NCBI RefSeq assembly: GCF_044704955.1
Contig: NC_091977.1
Location: forward strand, 12,524,001 to 12,588,000
Reading direction: 5' to 3'
DNA from: Pristiophorus japonicus
Taxonomy: Eukaryota
DNA: 64,000 bases
The position numbers and the translations under genes are program-made. Under the pieces are notes generated by a model. That model was not told where the DNA came from. It saw only the letters and a program-made list of their open reading frames with translations, and ran no database searches. Positions 49,570 through 62,364 of the stretch are shown here, one piece after another (positions within the stretch are counted from its first letter, which is position 1; each line of letters starts with the position of its first letter).

Positions 49570-52222
49570 TATTATATATGTAAACCAGTAAATACCTTGT
49601 TTAACCCCAAAGGGCTCATCCCCTGGAATCCCAAGGGATTCCACAATCCCTTTGGAGCACCTGTACTTAAGGAGGCCCTCACACTCTGGAGACCTGCAGT
49701 AAAAGACTAAGGTCACACTTTACTTTGAGCTCACAGTATCTAGTCAGACTCTTTATTCATACAGCACAACTGGCGACGAGATACAGATGACGAACCCCAC
49801 AGCGATGATGCAGAGAACAGTGGGCATCCTGGAGAAATTTTCATAGGGAGCTGATTGGGAAACCTTCGTGGAGCGACTCGACCGATACTTCGTGCCAACG
49901 AGCTGGAAGGAGAAGTGAACGCTGCCAAACGAAGGGCGATTCTCCTCACCGTTTGCGGGGCACCAACGTATGGCCTCATGAAAAATCTGCTCGCTCCAGT
50001 GAAACCCACAGAGAAATCGTATGATGATTTGTGCACACTGGTCTGGGAGCATTTGAACCTGAAGGAAAGTGTTCTGATGGTGAGATACCGGTTCTACACG
50101 TGCAAGAGGGCTGAAGGCCAGGAAGTGGCGAGCTCTGTCGCCGAGCTAAGACGCCTTGCAGGACATTGCGAATTTGAAGGACATTTGGAGCACATGCTCA
50201 GGGACCTCTTTTTACTTGGCATTGGCCATGAAGTAATACTTCACAAACTTTTGACTGCAGAGACCCCAACCTTGAGTAAAACCATAGCGATAGCCCACGC
50301 GTTCATCGTCATCAGTGACAATACCAAGCAAATCTCTCAGCACACGAGTGCTGCTACAGGTACTGTGAACAAAGTAATGTTGTTTTTGAATCGTAACGTA
50401 GAGGGCAGGCCTCACATGCCTGCAGCTGCATGTCCGCAGATGTCTCAGAGTCCACCATTAAGGGTGGTGAATGCTAGGCCATTAACACCTTGTTGGCACT
50501 GCGGGGGTGATCATCGTTTCCATTCATGCCGCTTCAAAGGATACGTTTGCAAGGGCTGTGGAACAATGGGACATCTCCAACGTATGTGCAGGCGAGCTGC
50601 AAATCCTGCTAATCCTGCAAACCACCATGTTGCAGAGGAGGACAGATCCTCGGCAGATCACGATGAACCAGAGCCTCAGACCGAGGAGGCAGAGGTATAT
50701 GGGGTGCAAACATTTACTACAAAGTGTCCCCCGATAATGCTGAAGGTTGAATTAAATGGACTCCCGGTGTCAATGGAGCTGGACACGGGCGCAAGCCAGT
50801 CCATTATGAGCAAAGAGACTTTCAATAAATTGTGATGCAGCAAGGCCTCAAGGCAAGTCCTGACTCCCATTCGCACTAAACTGAGAACTTACACAAAGGA
50901 ACTGACTCCCGTAATCAGCAGTGCTACTGTAAAGGTCTCCTACGATGGAGTGGTGCATAAGTTATCACTCTGGGTGGTACCGGGTGATGGCCCCACGCTG
51001 CTTGGCAGGAGCTGGCCGGGGAAGATATGCTGGAACTGGGATGACGCCCGAGTGCTCTCGCCTGTCGCCGAAACTTTGTGTGTCCAAATCCTAAACAAGT
51101 TCCCCTCGCTGTTCGAACCAGGCATCGGGAAGTTCCAAGGATCAAAAGTGCAGATCCACCTAATTCTGGGGGCACGGCCCATCCATCACAAGACGAGAGC
51201 AGTATCGTACATGATGAGAGAGAGGGTGGAGATCGAGTTAGACCGGCTGCAACGAGAGGGCATCATTTCACCGATCGAATTCAACGAGTGGGCCAGTCCG
51301 ATTGTTCCAGTCCTCAAGGGAGACGGCATCGTCAGAATCTGTGGTGATTACAAAGTTACTATCAATCGTTTCACCCTGCAGGATCAATACCCACTACCAA
51401 AGGCGGACGACCTTTTTGCGACGCTGGCAGGAGGAAAGACATTCACGAAGCTGGGCTTGACCTCAGCCTGCATGATGCAGGAGCTGGAAGAATCATCGAA
51501 GGGCCTCACCGCACAAAGATCTCTTCATTTGGGATTTGATCAGCCACGGTGAAGTTGAGATTAATGATCCTGTATTGGTGTTGAACTATGTTCACGGTCC
51601 CAAGTGGCTCCCCGGCACTGTTGTGGCCAAAAAGGAGAGTAGGGTGTTTCGGGTCAAACTTTCAAATGGACTCATCTACAGGAAACACTTGGACCAAACC
51701 AAACTCAGATTCGCGGACTATCCAGAGCAACCCACATTAAACCCCACCTTTTTCGACCCCCCTAACACACACACCAGTGGCAACCAACACAGCAGTTGAC
51801 CACGAAGCAGAACCCATCCACCGCAGCATCCCAGCAGGACTCACCACATCAGGGAGCCCAGCAAGGCCAGCTGCATAGCAGCCCAGCGAGGGCCCAACAA
51901 ATGACTCACCAAAATCAGCAATTGCACCGAGACGATCAACCAGGGAAAGAAAGGCCCCAGATCGATTCACCTTGTAAATAGTTACACTATTGACTTTGGG
52001 GGGCGGAAAGTTGTATTATATATGTAAAACTGTAAATACCTTGTTTAACCAGAGGGCTCATCCCCTGGAGTCCCAAGGGATCCCACAATCCCCTGGGAGC
52101 ACCTGTACTTAAGGAGGCCTCACAGGCTGGAGAGGTACTTTGGAGACCTGCAATAAAAGACTACGGTCACACTTTACTTTGAGCTCACAGTATCTGGTCA
52201 GACTCTTTATTCATACACCACA
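49570..52222 (+). mobile_element. Internally deleted Gypsy LTR retrotransposon with both LTRs and a 5-bp TSD AAGGG
   Basis: LTRs at 49570-49768 and 52014-52222, PBS TGGCGACGAG at 49771, gag with two CCHC knuckles and protease ELDTGA. RT breaks at about 51545 and jumps to the integrase C-terminus. AAGGG at 49565 and 52223. Confidence 0.93.
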
Positions 52223-52311
52223 AAGGGTCATCATGACATGCACAGAAGAGGAGACAGAGAGAGAGGAGCTGAGAGGGACAGAAGGCACGCATGTCTGTTG
52301 CATGTGCTTGT

Positions 52312-55300
52312 TAACTATTTCGTTAATCTCGTCTTTAATCAGCAACGCTACCCCAACTCCTTTTCATTTCTGTCTATCCTTCCTAAATATTGAATACCCC
52401 TGGATGTTGAGTTCCCTGCCTTGGTCAACCTGGAGCCATGTCTCCGTAATCCCAATTACATCATATCCATTAACAGGGGGATGGGAATCTATGCAGGGAG
52501 ACAGAGGGAAGTAGAATGAGGGCAGAAGCAAAAGGTAGAAAGGAGGTGAATTTATAATGGGGAACAAAGAAATGGCAGACTAATTAAACAAATACTTTGG
52601 TTCTGTCTTCACGAAGGAAGACACAAATAACCTTCCGGAAATACTAGGGGATTGAAGGCCGATAAATCCCCGGGGCCTGATAGTCTGCATCCCAGAGTAC
52701 TTAAGGAAGTGGCCCTAGAAATAGTGGTTGCATTGGTGATCATTTTCCAGCAGTCTATCGACTCTGGATCAGTTCCTATGGACTGGAGGGTAGCTAATGT
52801 AACACCGCTTTTTAAAAAAGGAGGGAGAGAGAAAACGGGTAATCATAGACCGGTTAGCCTGACATCAATAGTGGGGAAAATGTTGGAATCAATTATTAAA
52901 GATGAAATAGCAGCGCATTTGGAAAGCAGTGATAGGATCGGTCCAAGTCAGCATGGATTTATGAAAGGGAAATCATGCTTGACAAATCTTCTAGAATTTT
53001 TTGGGGATGTAACTAGTAGAGTGGACAGGGAAGAACCACTAGATGTGGTGTATTTGGACTATCAAAAGGCTTTTGACAAGGTCCCACACATGAGATTGGT
53101 ATGCAAAATTAAAGCACCTGGTATTGAGGGTAACGTATTGATGTGGATAGAGAACTGGTTGGCAGACAGGAAGCAGAGAGTCGGAATAAACGGGTCCTTT
53201 TCTGAATGGCAGACAGCAACTAGTCTAAGGATAAGGGGTAAGCCATTTAGGACCTAGATGAGGAGAAACTTCTTCACTCAGAAAATTGTGAACTTGTAGA
53301 ATTCTCCACTGCAGAGAGCTGTTGATGCCAGTTCATTAGATATATTTAAGAGGGAGTTAGATATGGCCCTTATGGCTAAAGTGATCAAGGGGTATGGTGA
53401 GAAAACAGGAAAGGGATACTGAGGTGATTAATCAGCCATGATCTTATTGAATGGTGGTGCAGGCTTGAAGGGTCGAATGGCCTACTCCTGCACCTATTTT
53501 CTATGTTTCTATATGCCGCAGGGCTCAGTGCTGGGACCCCAGCTATTTACAACATACATCAATGATTTAGATGAAGGAATTGAGCGTAATATCTCCAAGA
53601 TTGCAGATGACATTAAGCTGACTGGTAGTGAGAGCTGTGAGGAGAATGCTAAGAGGCTGCAGGTTAGGTGAGTGGGCAAAAGCATGGCAGATGCAGTATA
53701 ATGTGGATAAATGTGAGGTTATCCACTTTGGTGGCAAAATCATGAAGGGAGTATATTACCTGAATGGTGGCAGATTTGGAAAAGGGGAGGTGCAATGAGA
53801 CCTGGGTGTCATGGTTCATCAGTCATTGAAAGTTGGCATGCAGGTACAGCAGGCGGTGAAGAAGGTAAATGGCATGTTGGCCTTCATAGCTAGGGGATTT
53901 GAGTATAAGAGCAGGGAGGTCTTTCTGCAGTTGTACAGGGCTTAGGTGAGGCCTCACCTGGAATATTGTGTTCAGTTTTGGTCTCCTAATCTGAGGAAGG
54001 ACGTTCTTGCTATTGAGGGAGTGCAGCGAAGGTTCACCAGATTGATTCCCAGGATGGCAGGACTGACATGTAAGAGAGACTGGATCGACTGGGCCTGTAT
54101 TCACTGGAGTTTAGAAGGATGAGAGGGGATCTCATAGAAACAGATAAAATTCTGACGGGACTGGACTGGTTAGATGCAGGAAGAATGTTCCCAATGTTGG
54201 GGAAGTCCAGAACCAAGGGACACAGTCTTAGGATAAGGGACAGGCCATTTAGGACTGAGATGAGGAGAAACTTGTTCACTCAGAGAGTTGTTAACCTGTG
54301 GAATTCTCTACCGCAGAGAGTTGTTGATGCCAGTTCGTTGGATATATTCAAGAGGGAGTTAGATATGTCCTTTACAGCTAAAGGGATCAAGCGGTATGGA
54401 GAGAAAGCAGGAAAGGGGTACTGAGGTGACGATCAGCCATGATCTTATTGAATGGTGGTGCAGGCTCGAAGGGCCGAATGGCCTACTCCTGCACCTATTT
54501 TCTATGATTCTATGTTCTATATTTCTATGGGACCGAGAGTCTAGCGAGAAGGAGGAACTGAAGGAAATCCTTATTAGTCAGGAAATTGTGTTAGCGAAAT
54601 TGATGGGACTGAAGGCCGCTAAATCCCCAGGGTCTGATAGTCTGCATCCCCGTATACTTAAGGAATTGGCCCTAGAAATAGTGGTTGCATTGGTGATCAT
54701 TTTCCAACATTCGATACACTCTGGATCAGTTCCTATGAATTGGAGGGTAGCTAATGTAACTGCACATTTTAAAAAAACGAGGGAGAGTGAAAACATAGAA
54801 AACATAGAAAACATAGAAAATAGGGAATTATAGACTGGTTAGCCTGACATTGGTAGTGGGGAAAATGTTGGAATCAATTATTAAAGATGTAATAGCAGTG
54901 CATTTGGAAAGCAGTGACAGGATCGGTCCAAGTCAGCATGGATTTATGAAAGGGAAATCATGCTTGATAAATCTTCTAGAATTTTTTGAGGATGTAACTA
55001 GTAGAGTGGACAAAGGAGAACCAGTGGATGTGGTGTGTTTGGACTTTCAAAAGGCCCACACAAGAGATTAGTGTTCAAAATTAAAGCACATGGTATTGGG
55101 GGTATTGTATTGACATGGATAGAGAACTGGTTGGCAGACAGGAAGCAAAGAGTCGGAATAAACAGGTCCTTTTAAGAATGGCAGGCAGTGATTAGTGGAG
55201 TACCGCAGGGTTCAGTGGTGGGACCCCAGCTATTTACAATATACATTAATGATTTAGAGGAAGGAATTGAATGTAATATCTCCAAGTTTCCAGATGACAC

Positions 55301-55846
55301 TACGCTGGGTGGCAGTGTGAGCTGTGAGGAGGATGCTAAGAGGCTGCAGGGTGACTTGGATAGGTTAGGTGAGTGGGCAAATGTATGGCAGATGCAGTAT
55401 AATGTGGATAAATGTGAGGTTATCCACTTTGTGGCAAAAACACGAAGGCAGACGATTATCTGAATAGTGACAGAATAGGAAAAAGGGAGGTGCAACGAGA
55501 CCTGGTACATCATGGTACATCAGTCATTGAAAGTTGGCATGCAGGTACAGCTGGCGGTGAAGAAGGCAAATGGCATGTTGGCCTTCATAGTGAGAGGATT
55601 TGAGTATAGGAGCAGGGAGGTCTCACTGCAGTTGTACAGGGCCTTGGTGAGACCACACCTTGAATATTGTGTACAGTTTTGATTTGCTAATCTGAGGAAG
55701 AACATTCTTGCTATTGAGGGAGTGCAGCGAAGATTGACAGACTGATTCCTGGGATGGCAGGACTGACATATGAAGAAAGATTGGATTGACTAGGGGGTTT
55801 ATATTCACTGGAATTTTGAAGAGTGAGAGGGGACCTCATAGAAACA
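52312..55846 (+). mobile_element. Cluster of nested CR1 fragments (mostly plus; short inverted piece at 52312-52475)
   Basis: Repeated RT blocks and 3' tails at about 53512 and 54515. A truncated copy (about 53222-53512) splits the VTSG|VPQG motif of its host. Confidence 0.88.
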
Positions 55847-57562
55847 CGATGCCTTCATGTTGCAGCCTGTCCAGCTCAATTTCCATTTTTTCACGCATCA
55901 TTTCCGTTACCGCCTGTGCTTTGCGGTGGATGGGTTGCGTACTGGGAACCAAATGGATCTGCACTTTCGCATCTGAGAAGCTTCCAATGCCTGGCTCGAA
56001 CAACGTTGGGAACTTGCTCAGAACCTGGGTACATGAGACGTTGTCGATGGACGAAAGCGCTCGGATGTCGTCCTAGTTCCAGCGGATTTTTCCTAGCCAG
56101 CTTCTGCCAAACAATGTGGGACCATCCCCTGGCACAATCCACAACGGGAGTTCGTGTACTGCTCCATCATAGGAGACTTTGACTTCTGCACTGCCAATTA
56201 CAGGGATTAGTTCCTTGGTGTAAGTCCTTAGTTTGGTGTGAATGGGGCTGAGCTTGGGCCTGTGTGCTTTTTTTCCCCACAGCCTGTCGAAGGTCTTTTT
56301 ACTCATTGTGGACTGACTTGCCCCCCTGTCCAGTTCCATAGACACTGGAATTCCATTCAGTTCAACTTTCAACATTATTGGTGGACATTTCGTAGTGAAT
56401 GTGAGTACCCACGTACACCTCTGCCTCCTCGGTACGAGTCTCCAATTCAGCGTGATCCACAGTGGATCGATCTTCCTCTGCAACGTGGTGGTTTGCAGGT
56501 TTTGCAGGGTTTGCAGCTCGTCTGCACATTCGTTGGAGGTGTCCCATTGTTCTGCAACCATTGCACGCATAGTACTTGAAGCGGCATTGATGGGGCCAAT
56601 GATCACCTCAGTAGCGCCAACAAGATGTTAACTGCCTCACATTAACAATTGATGGCGGACTCTGGGTCAACTGAGGTCGGGCCGCAGCAGCCGGCGTGTA
56701 TGTTCTGCCCTGTACATTTCTGCTCGAAACCGATGTTACTCTATGCACAGTACTGGCCGAAACCTCTTTACTCTGTGAAATCTGTTTGGTGTTGTCGCTG
56801 GTGGACATAAATGCCTGGGCTATCGTTATGGCTTTACTTAGATTCGCAGTTTCGACAGTCAACAGTTTGCGAAGGATTGTCTCATGTCCAATGCCCAGTA
56901 CAAAAAAGTCTCTGAGCATTTGTTCTAGGAATCCCTCAAACTCACAACGCCCTGTGAGGCGCCTTAGTTCGACGACATAGCTCACCACTTCCTGGTCCTC
57001 CATTCGTTGACACGTGTAGAACCGATATCTTGCCATCAAAATGCTTTCCTTAGGATTTATGTGCTCCCAACCAGCATACACAATTCTTCATAAGATTTCT
57101 CTGTTGCTTTTGCCGGGGCCAGGAGATTCTTCATGAGGCCATAGGTTGTTGCCCCACAGACAATTAGAAGGATCACCCTTCGTTTGGTAGCAGTTTTGTC
57201 CCCTTCCAGCTCGTTGGCCTCAAAGTATTGGTTGAGTCTCTCCACAAAGGCCTCCCAATCATCCCCTTCTGAGAACTTCTCCAGGATACTGACTGTTCTT
57301 TGCATTTTTGTTCGTTGTTCGTGGTTGTTCGTTACCTCGTCGCCAATTGGTACACTCATAATAAAGGATGAAACTGAGTACTGTGTACAATGAGCAAGTG
57401 TGGCCTTAGCTCCTTTAATAAGACTCCAGAGTGCAGATACCTCGTGGGAGGCCTGCTTATACACTGTGCTCCCAAGGGATGCTGGGATCCCTTGGGACTC
57501 CAACAGGTGGGCCCTCTGGTGGTCAGGTGTCATGCAGGTTACAAAGGGTTAAATACATAACA
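55847..57562 (-). mobile_element. Gypsy LTR retrotransposon 5' part (LTR 57348-57562, PBS, gag, protease), 3'-truncated
   Basis: PBS reverse complement CTCGTCGCCA at 57336-57345; gag MQRTVSILEKFSEGDDWEAF; protease ELDRGASQS. Confidence 0.92.
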
Positions 57563-58102
57563 GTTTTTGTCTCCCAATCTGAGGAAGGACGTGCTTGCTA
57601 TTGAGGGAGTGCATTGAAGGTTCACCAGACTAATTCCCGGGATGGCAGGGCTGACATATGAAGAAAGACTGGATCGGCTAGGGTTATACTCACTGGAATT
57701 TAGAAGAATGAGAGGGGATCTCATAGAAACATATAAAATTATGACGGGACTGGACAGGTTAGATACAGGAAGAATGTTCCCGATGTTGGTGAAGTCCAGA
57801 ACCAGGGGTCACAGTCTAAGGATAAGGGGTAAGCCATATAGGACCGAGAGAAGGAGAAACCTCTTCACCCAGAGAGTGGTGAACCTGTGGAATTCTCTAC
57901 CACAGAAAATTGTTGAGTCCAGTTTGTTGGATATATTCAAGAGGGAGTTGGATGTGGCCCTTATGGCTAAGGGGATCGGGGGCATGGAGAGAAGGCAGGA
58001 GTGGGCTACTGAAGTTGCATGTTCAGCCATGATCATATTGAAAGGCGGTGCAGGCTTGAAGGGCCGAATGGCCGACTCCTGCACCTATTTTTTATGTTTC
58101 TA
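57563..58102 (+). mobile_element. CR1 LINE 3' fragment
   Basis: ORF 57642..58142 [17 protein letters not shown]; tail TATGTTTCTAT. Confidence 0.9.
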
Positions 58103-58174
58103 TTTGACAACACTGACAGAAAGCAAAGTTAGTGAAACATAAGTTGCTAAAATTGTTCTTTCAAATGTGCTCAC

Positions 58175-58226
58175 AGTTCCGCACTGATACCGTCAGTAAA
58201 AGAAGGTAAATGAGAGAATGTGCCAT
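58175..58226 (-). CDS. Signal-peptide exon of the minus-strand Siglec-15-like gene
   Basis: ggcATGG start; MAHSLIYLLLLTVSVRN plus T|gtgagc (52 nt, phase 1). It splices in frame to the V exon to give MAHSLIYLLLLTVSVRNCSSEWSM, and lies in a unique island among repeats. Confidence 0.72.
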
Positions 58227-58259
58227 GCCTGTCCAATTCCGTCTCAGATTTCTCCACTT

Positions 58260-58360
58260 ACTATTGGTGAAGAGGAAGTTCCAGTCAAGGCTCACGTGGC
58301 AGTGACTTTGCACATTTTACTATCTCAGCCATCACACTGAAAATACATAACAGGAAGCAC
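58260..58360 (-). promoter_or_regulatory. Candidate TATA-less myeloid-type promoter
   Basis: CCAAT (58267-58263), PU.1-type AAGAGGAAGT at 58270-58279, E-box CACGTG at 58293-58298 and ETS CAGGAAG at 58351, all within about 130 bp of the ATG. Confidence 0.5.
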
Positions 58361-58462
58361 CGATTAAATAGATGTTTCTTTCTTCAGAAAGTAAAGTTAA
58401 ATGATCAGTCCATTAAGAATCAATTTGAAACATGGGATGTACTTAATGAGTGAATATTGTGT

Positions 58463-58915
58463 TAGCCGTGTCTCAGTTGTTGGACTCTCGCCTCTGAGTC
58501 AGAAGGTGAGTGCAGGACCCATTCCAGGGACTTCAGCACTAAATCCAGGCTGACACTCCCAGTGCAGTGCTGAGGGAGTGCTGTACAGTCAGAGGTGCCA
58601 TCGTTCGGAAGAGATGTTAAACCGATGCCCCGTCTGCTCTCTCAGGTGCATGTAAAAGATCCCACGGCCACTATTTCGAAGAAGAGCAGGGGAGTTCTCC
58701 CTGGTGACCTGACCAATATTTATCCCTCAACCAACATCACTAAAAAATAAATTATCTCCTCATGTATCACTCTGCTGTTTGTGGGAGCTTGCAGTGCATA
58801 AATTGGCTTCCGCGTTTCCTACATTACAACAGTGACTGCACTTCAAAAGACGTCAATGGATGTGAAGCGTTTGGGACGTCTCAAGCTTATGAAAAGTGCT
58901 GTAAAAATGCAAATT
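58463..58915 (+). mobile_element. tRNA-derived Deu-domain SINE, near full length
   Basis: tRNA-like head AGCCGTGTCTCAGTTG..CTCTGAGTCAGAAGGT, Deu core and AAATGCAA tail. Confidence 0.78.
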
Positions 58916-58985
58916 GACTGCCGCGTTTGGTCAGTAATGTTTGCCCACTGCATGCAATCCTGTGATTTGTTCTCAATCCCACTTG

Positions 58986-59307
58986 TCATCATCATAGGCA
59001 GTCCCTCGGAATTGAGGAAGACTTGATTGCACTCTAAAAATGAGTCCTCAGGTGGCTGAACAGTCCAATACGAGAACCACAGTCCCTGTCACAGGAGATA
59101 GTCTTTGAGGAAAAGGATGGGTGGGATTGGTTTGACGCACGCTCCTTCCGCTGCATGCGCTTGGTTTCTGCATGCTCCCGACGATGAGACGAGGTGCTCA
59201 GTGGCCTCCCGGATGCACTTCCTCCACTTAGGGTGGTCTTTGGCCAGGGACTCCCAGGTGTCAGTGGAGATGTTGCACTTTATCCGGGAGACTGTGAGGG
59301 TGTACTT
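58986..59307 (-). mobile_element. RTE LINE 3' end (continues at 63247)
   Basis: (CAT)n tail and TWESLAKDHPKWRKCIRE. Confidence 0.88.
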
Positions 59308-62300
59308 AGAAACATAGAAAATAGGTGCAGGAGTAGGCCATTCGGCCCTTCGAGCCTGCACAGCCATTCAATAAGATCATGGCTGATCATTCCCTAAGTA
59401 CCTCTTTCCGGCTTTCTCTCCATACGCCTTGATCTCTTTAGCCGTAAGGGCCATATATAACTCCCTCTTGAATATATCCAATGAACTGGCATCAACAACT
59501 CTCTGCGGCAGGGAATTCCACAGGTTAACAACTCCCTGAGTGAACAATTTTCTCCTCATCTCAGTCCTAAATGGCCTACCCCTTATCCTTAGACTATGTC
59601 CCCTGGTTCTGGACTTCCCCAACATCGGGAACATTTTTCCCGCATCTAACCTGTCCAGTCCCGTCAGAATCTTAGACGTTTCTACGAGATCCCCGCTCAT
59701 CCTTCTAGACTCCAGTGAACAAAGGACCAGTTGATCCAGTCTCTCCTCATATGTCAGTCGAGCCATCCCTGGAATCAGTCTGGTGAACCTTCGCTGCACT
59801 CCCTCAATAGCAAGAACGTCTTTCCTCAGATTGGGAGTCCAAAACTGAACACGATATTCCAGGTGAGGCCTCACCAAGGCCCTGTACAACTGCAGTAAGA
59901 CTTCCCTGCTCCTATACTCTAATCCCCTAGCTATGAAGGCCAACATACCATTTGCCTTCTTCACCGCCTGCTATACCTGTATGCCAACTTTCAATGACTG
60001 ATGAACCATGACACCCAGGTCCCCTTTTCCTAATCTGCCATGATTCAGATAATATTCTGCCTTCGTGTTTTTGCCCCCAAAATGGATAACCTCACATTTA
60101 TCCACATTATACTGCATCTGCCATGCATTTGTCCACTCACCTAACCTGTCCAAGTCACCCTGCAGCCTCTTAGCATCCTTCTCACAGCTCACACCACCAC
60201 CCAGTTTAGTGTCATCTGCAAACTTGGAGATATTACACTCAATTCCTTCATCTAAATCGTTAATGTATATTGTAAAGAGCTAGAGTCCCAGCACTGAGCC
60301 CTGCGGCACTCCACTAGTCACTGTCTGCCATTCTGAACAGGACCCGTTTATCCCGACTCTCTGCTTCTTGTCAGCCAACCAGTTCTTTATCCACGTCAGT
60401 ACATTATCCCCAATACCATGTGCTTTGATTTTGCACACCAATCTCTTGTGCGGGACCTTGTCAAAAGCCTTTTGAAAGTCCAAATACACCACATCCACTG
60501 GTTCTCCCTTGTCCACTCTACTAGTTACATCCTCAAAAAATTTCAGAAGATTCGTCAAGCATGATTTCCCTTTCATAAATCCATGCTGACTTGGACCGAT
60601 CCTGTCACTGCTTTCCAAATGCGCTGCTATTTCATCCTTAATGATTGATTCCAACATTTTCCCCACTACTGATGTCAGGCTAACCAGTCTATCATTATCT
60701 GTTTTCTCTCTCCCTCCTTTTTTAAAAAGTGGCATTACATTAGCTACCCTCCAGTCCACAGGAACTGATCCAGAGTTGATCAACTGTTGGAAAATGATCA
60801 CCAATGCATCCACTATTTCTAGGGCCATTTCCTTAAGTACTCTGGGATGCAGACTATCAGGCCCCGGGGATTTATCGGCCTTCAATCTCATCAATTTCCC
60901 TAACACAATTTCCCGCCTAATAAGGATTTCCTTCAGTTCCTCCTTCTCACTAGACCCACTAACCCCTTGTACATTCGGAATGTTATTTGTGTCTTCGTTC
61001 GTGAAGACAGAACCAAAGTATTTGTTCAATTGGTCTGCCATTTCTTTGTTCCCCATTATAAATTCACCTGAATCCGACTGCAAGGGACCTATGTTTGTCT
61101 TCACTAATCTCTTTATCTTCACATATTTATAGAAGCTTTTGCAGTCAGTTTTTATGTTCCCTGCAAGCTTCCTCTTATAATCTATTTTCCCCCTCTTAAT
61201 TAAACCCTTAGTCCTCCTCTATTGAATTCTAAATATCTCCCAGTCCTCAGGTTTGTTGCTTTTTCTGGCCGATTTATATGCCTCTTCTTTGGTTTTAACA
61301 CTATCCTTAATTTCCCTTGTTAGCCACGGTTGAGCCACCTTTCCCGTTTTATTTTTACTCCAGACAGGGATATATAATTGCTGAAGTTCATCCATGTGAT
61401 CTTTAAATGTTTGCCATTGGTTATCCACCGTCAACCCTTTAAGTATCACTCGCCAGTCTATTCTAGCCAATTCACGCCTCATACCGTCAAAGTTACCTTT
61501 CCTTAAGTTCAGGACCCTAGTTTCCGAACTAACTGTGTCACTCTCCATCTTAATAAAGAATTCTACCATATTATGGTCACTCTTCCCCAAGGGGCCTCGC
61601 ACAACAAGATTGCTAATTAGTCCCTTCTCATTACACATCACCCTGTCTAGGATGGCCAGCTCTCTAGTTGGTTCCTCGACATATTGGTCCAGAAAACCAT
61701 CCCTCATATACTCCTCCACAGTATTGCTACCAGTTTGGTTAGCCCAATGAATATGTAGATTAAAGTCACCCATGATAACTGCTGTACCTTTATTGCACAC
61801 ATCCCTTATTTCTTGTTTGATGCTGTCCCCAACCTCACTGCAACTGTTTGGTGGTCTGTACACAACTCCCATTAGCGTTTTCTGCCCTTTGGTATTCCGT
61901 AGCTCCACCCATACCGATTCCACATCATCCAGGCTAATGTCCCTCCTTACTATTGCATTAATTTCCTCTTTAACCAGCAATGCCACCCCGCCTCCTTTTC
62001 CTTTCTGTCTATCCTTCCTAAATGTTGAATACCTCTGTATGTTGAGTTCCCAGCCTTGGTCACCCTGGAGCCATGTCTCCGTGATGCCAATTACATCATA
62101 TCCATTAACTGCTATCTGCACAGTTAATTCGTCCACCTTATTCCGAATACTCCTCGCATTGAGGCACAGAGCCTTCAGTCTTGTCTTTTTAACACACTTT
62201 GCCCCTTTAGAATTTTGCTGTAATGTGGCCCTTTTTGTTTTTTGCCTTGTGTTTCTCTGCCCTCCACTTTTACTATTCTCCTTTCTATCTTTTGCTTCTG

Positions 62301-62364
62301 TCTCCATTTTATTTCCCTCTGTCTCCCTGCATAAGTTCCCATCTCCTTGCCATGTTAGTTTAAC
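59308..62364 (-). mobile_element. CR1 LINE, whole ORF2 region with stops, 5'-truncated at the end of ORF1
   Basis: ORFs 61219..62406 (EN), 60280..61122 and 59377..59964 (RT); tail AGAAACATAGAAA. Confidence 0.93.
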
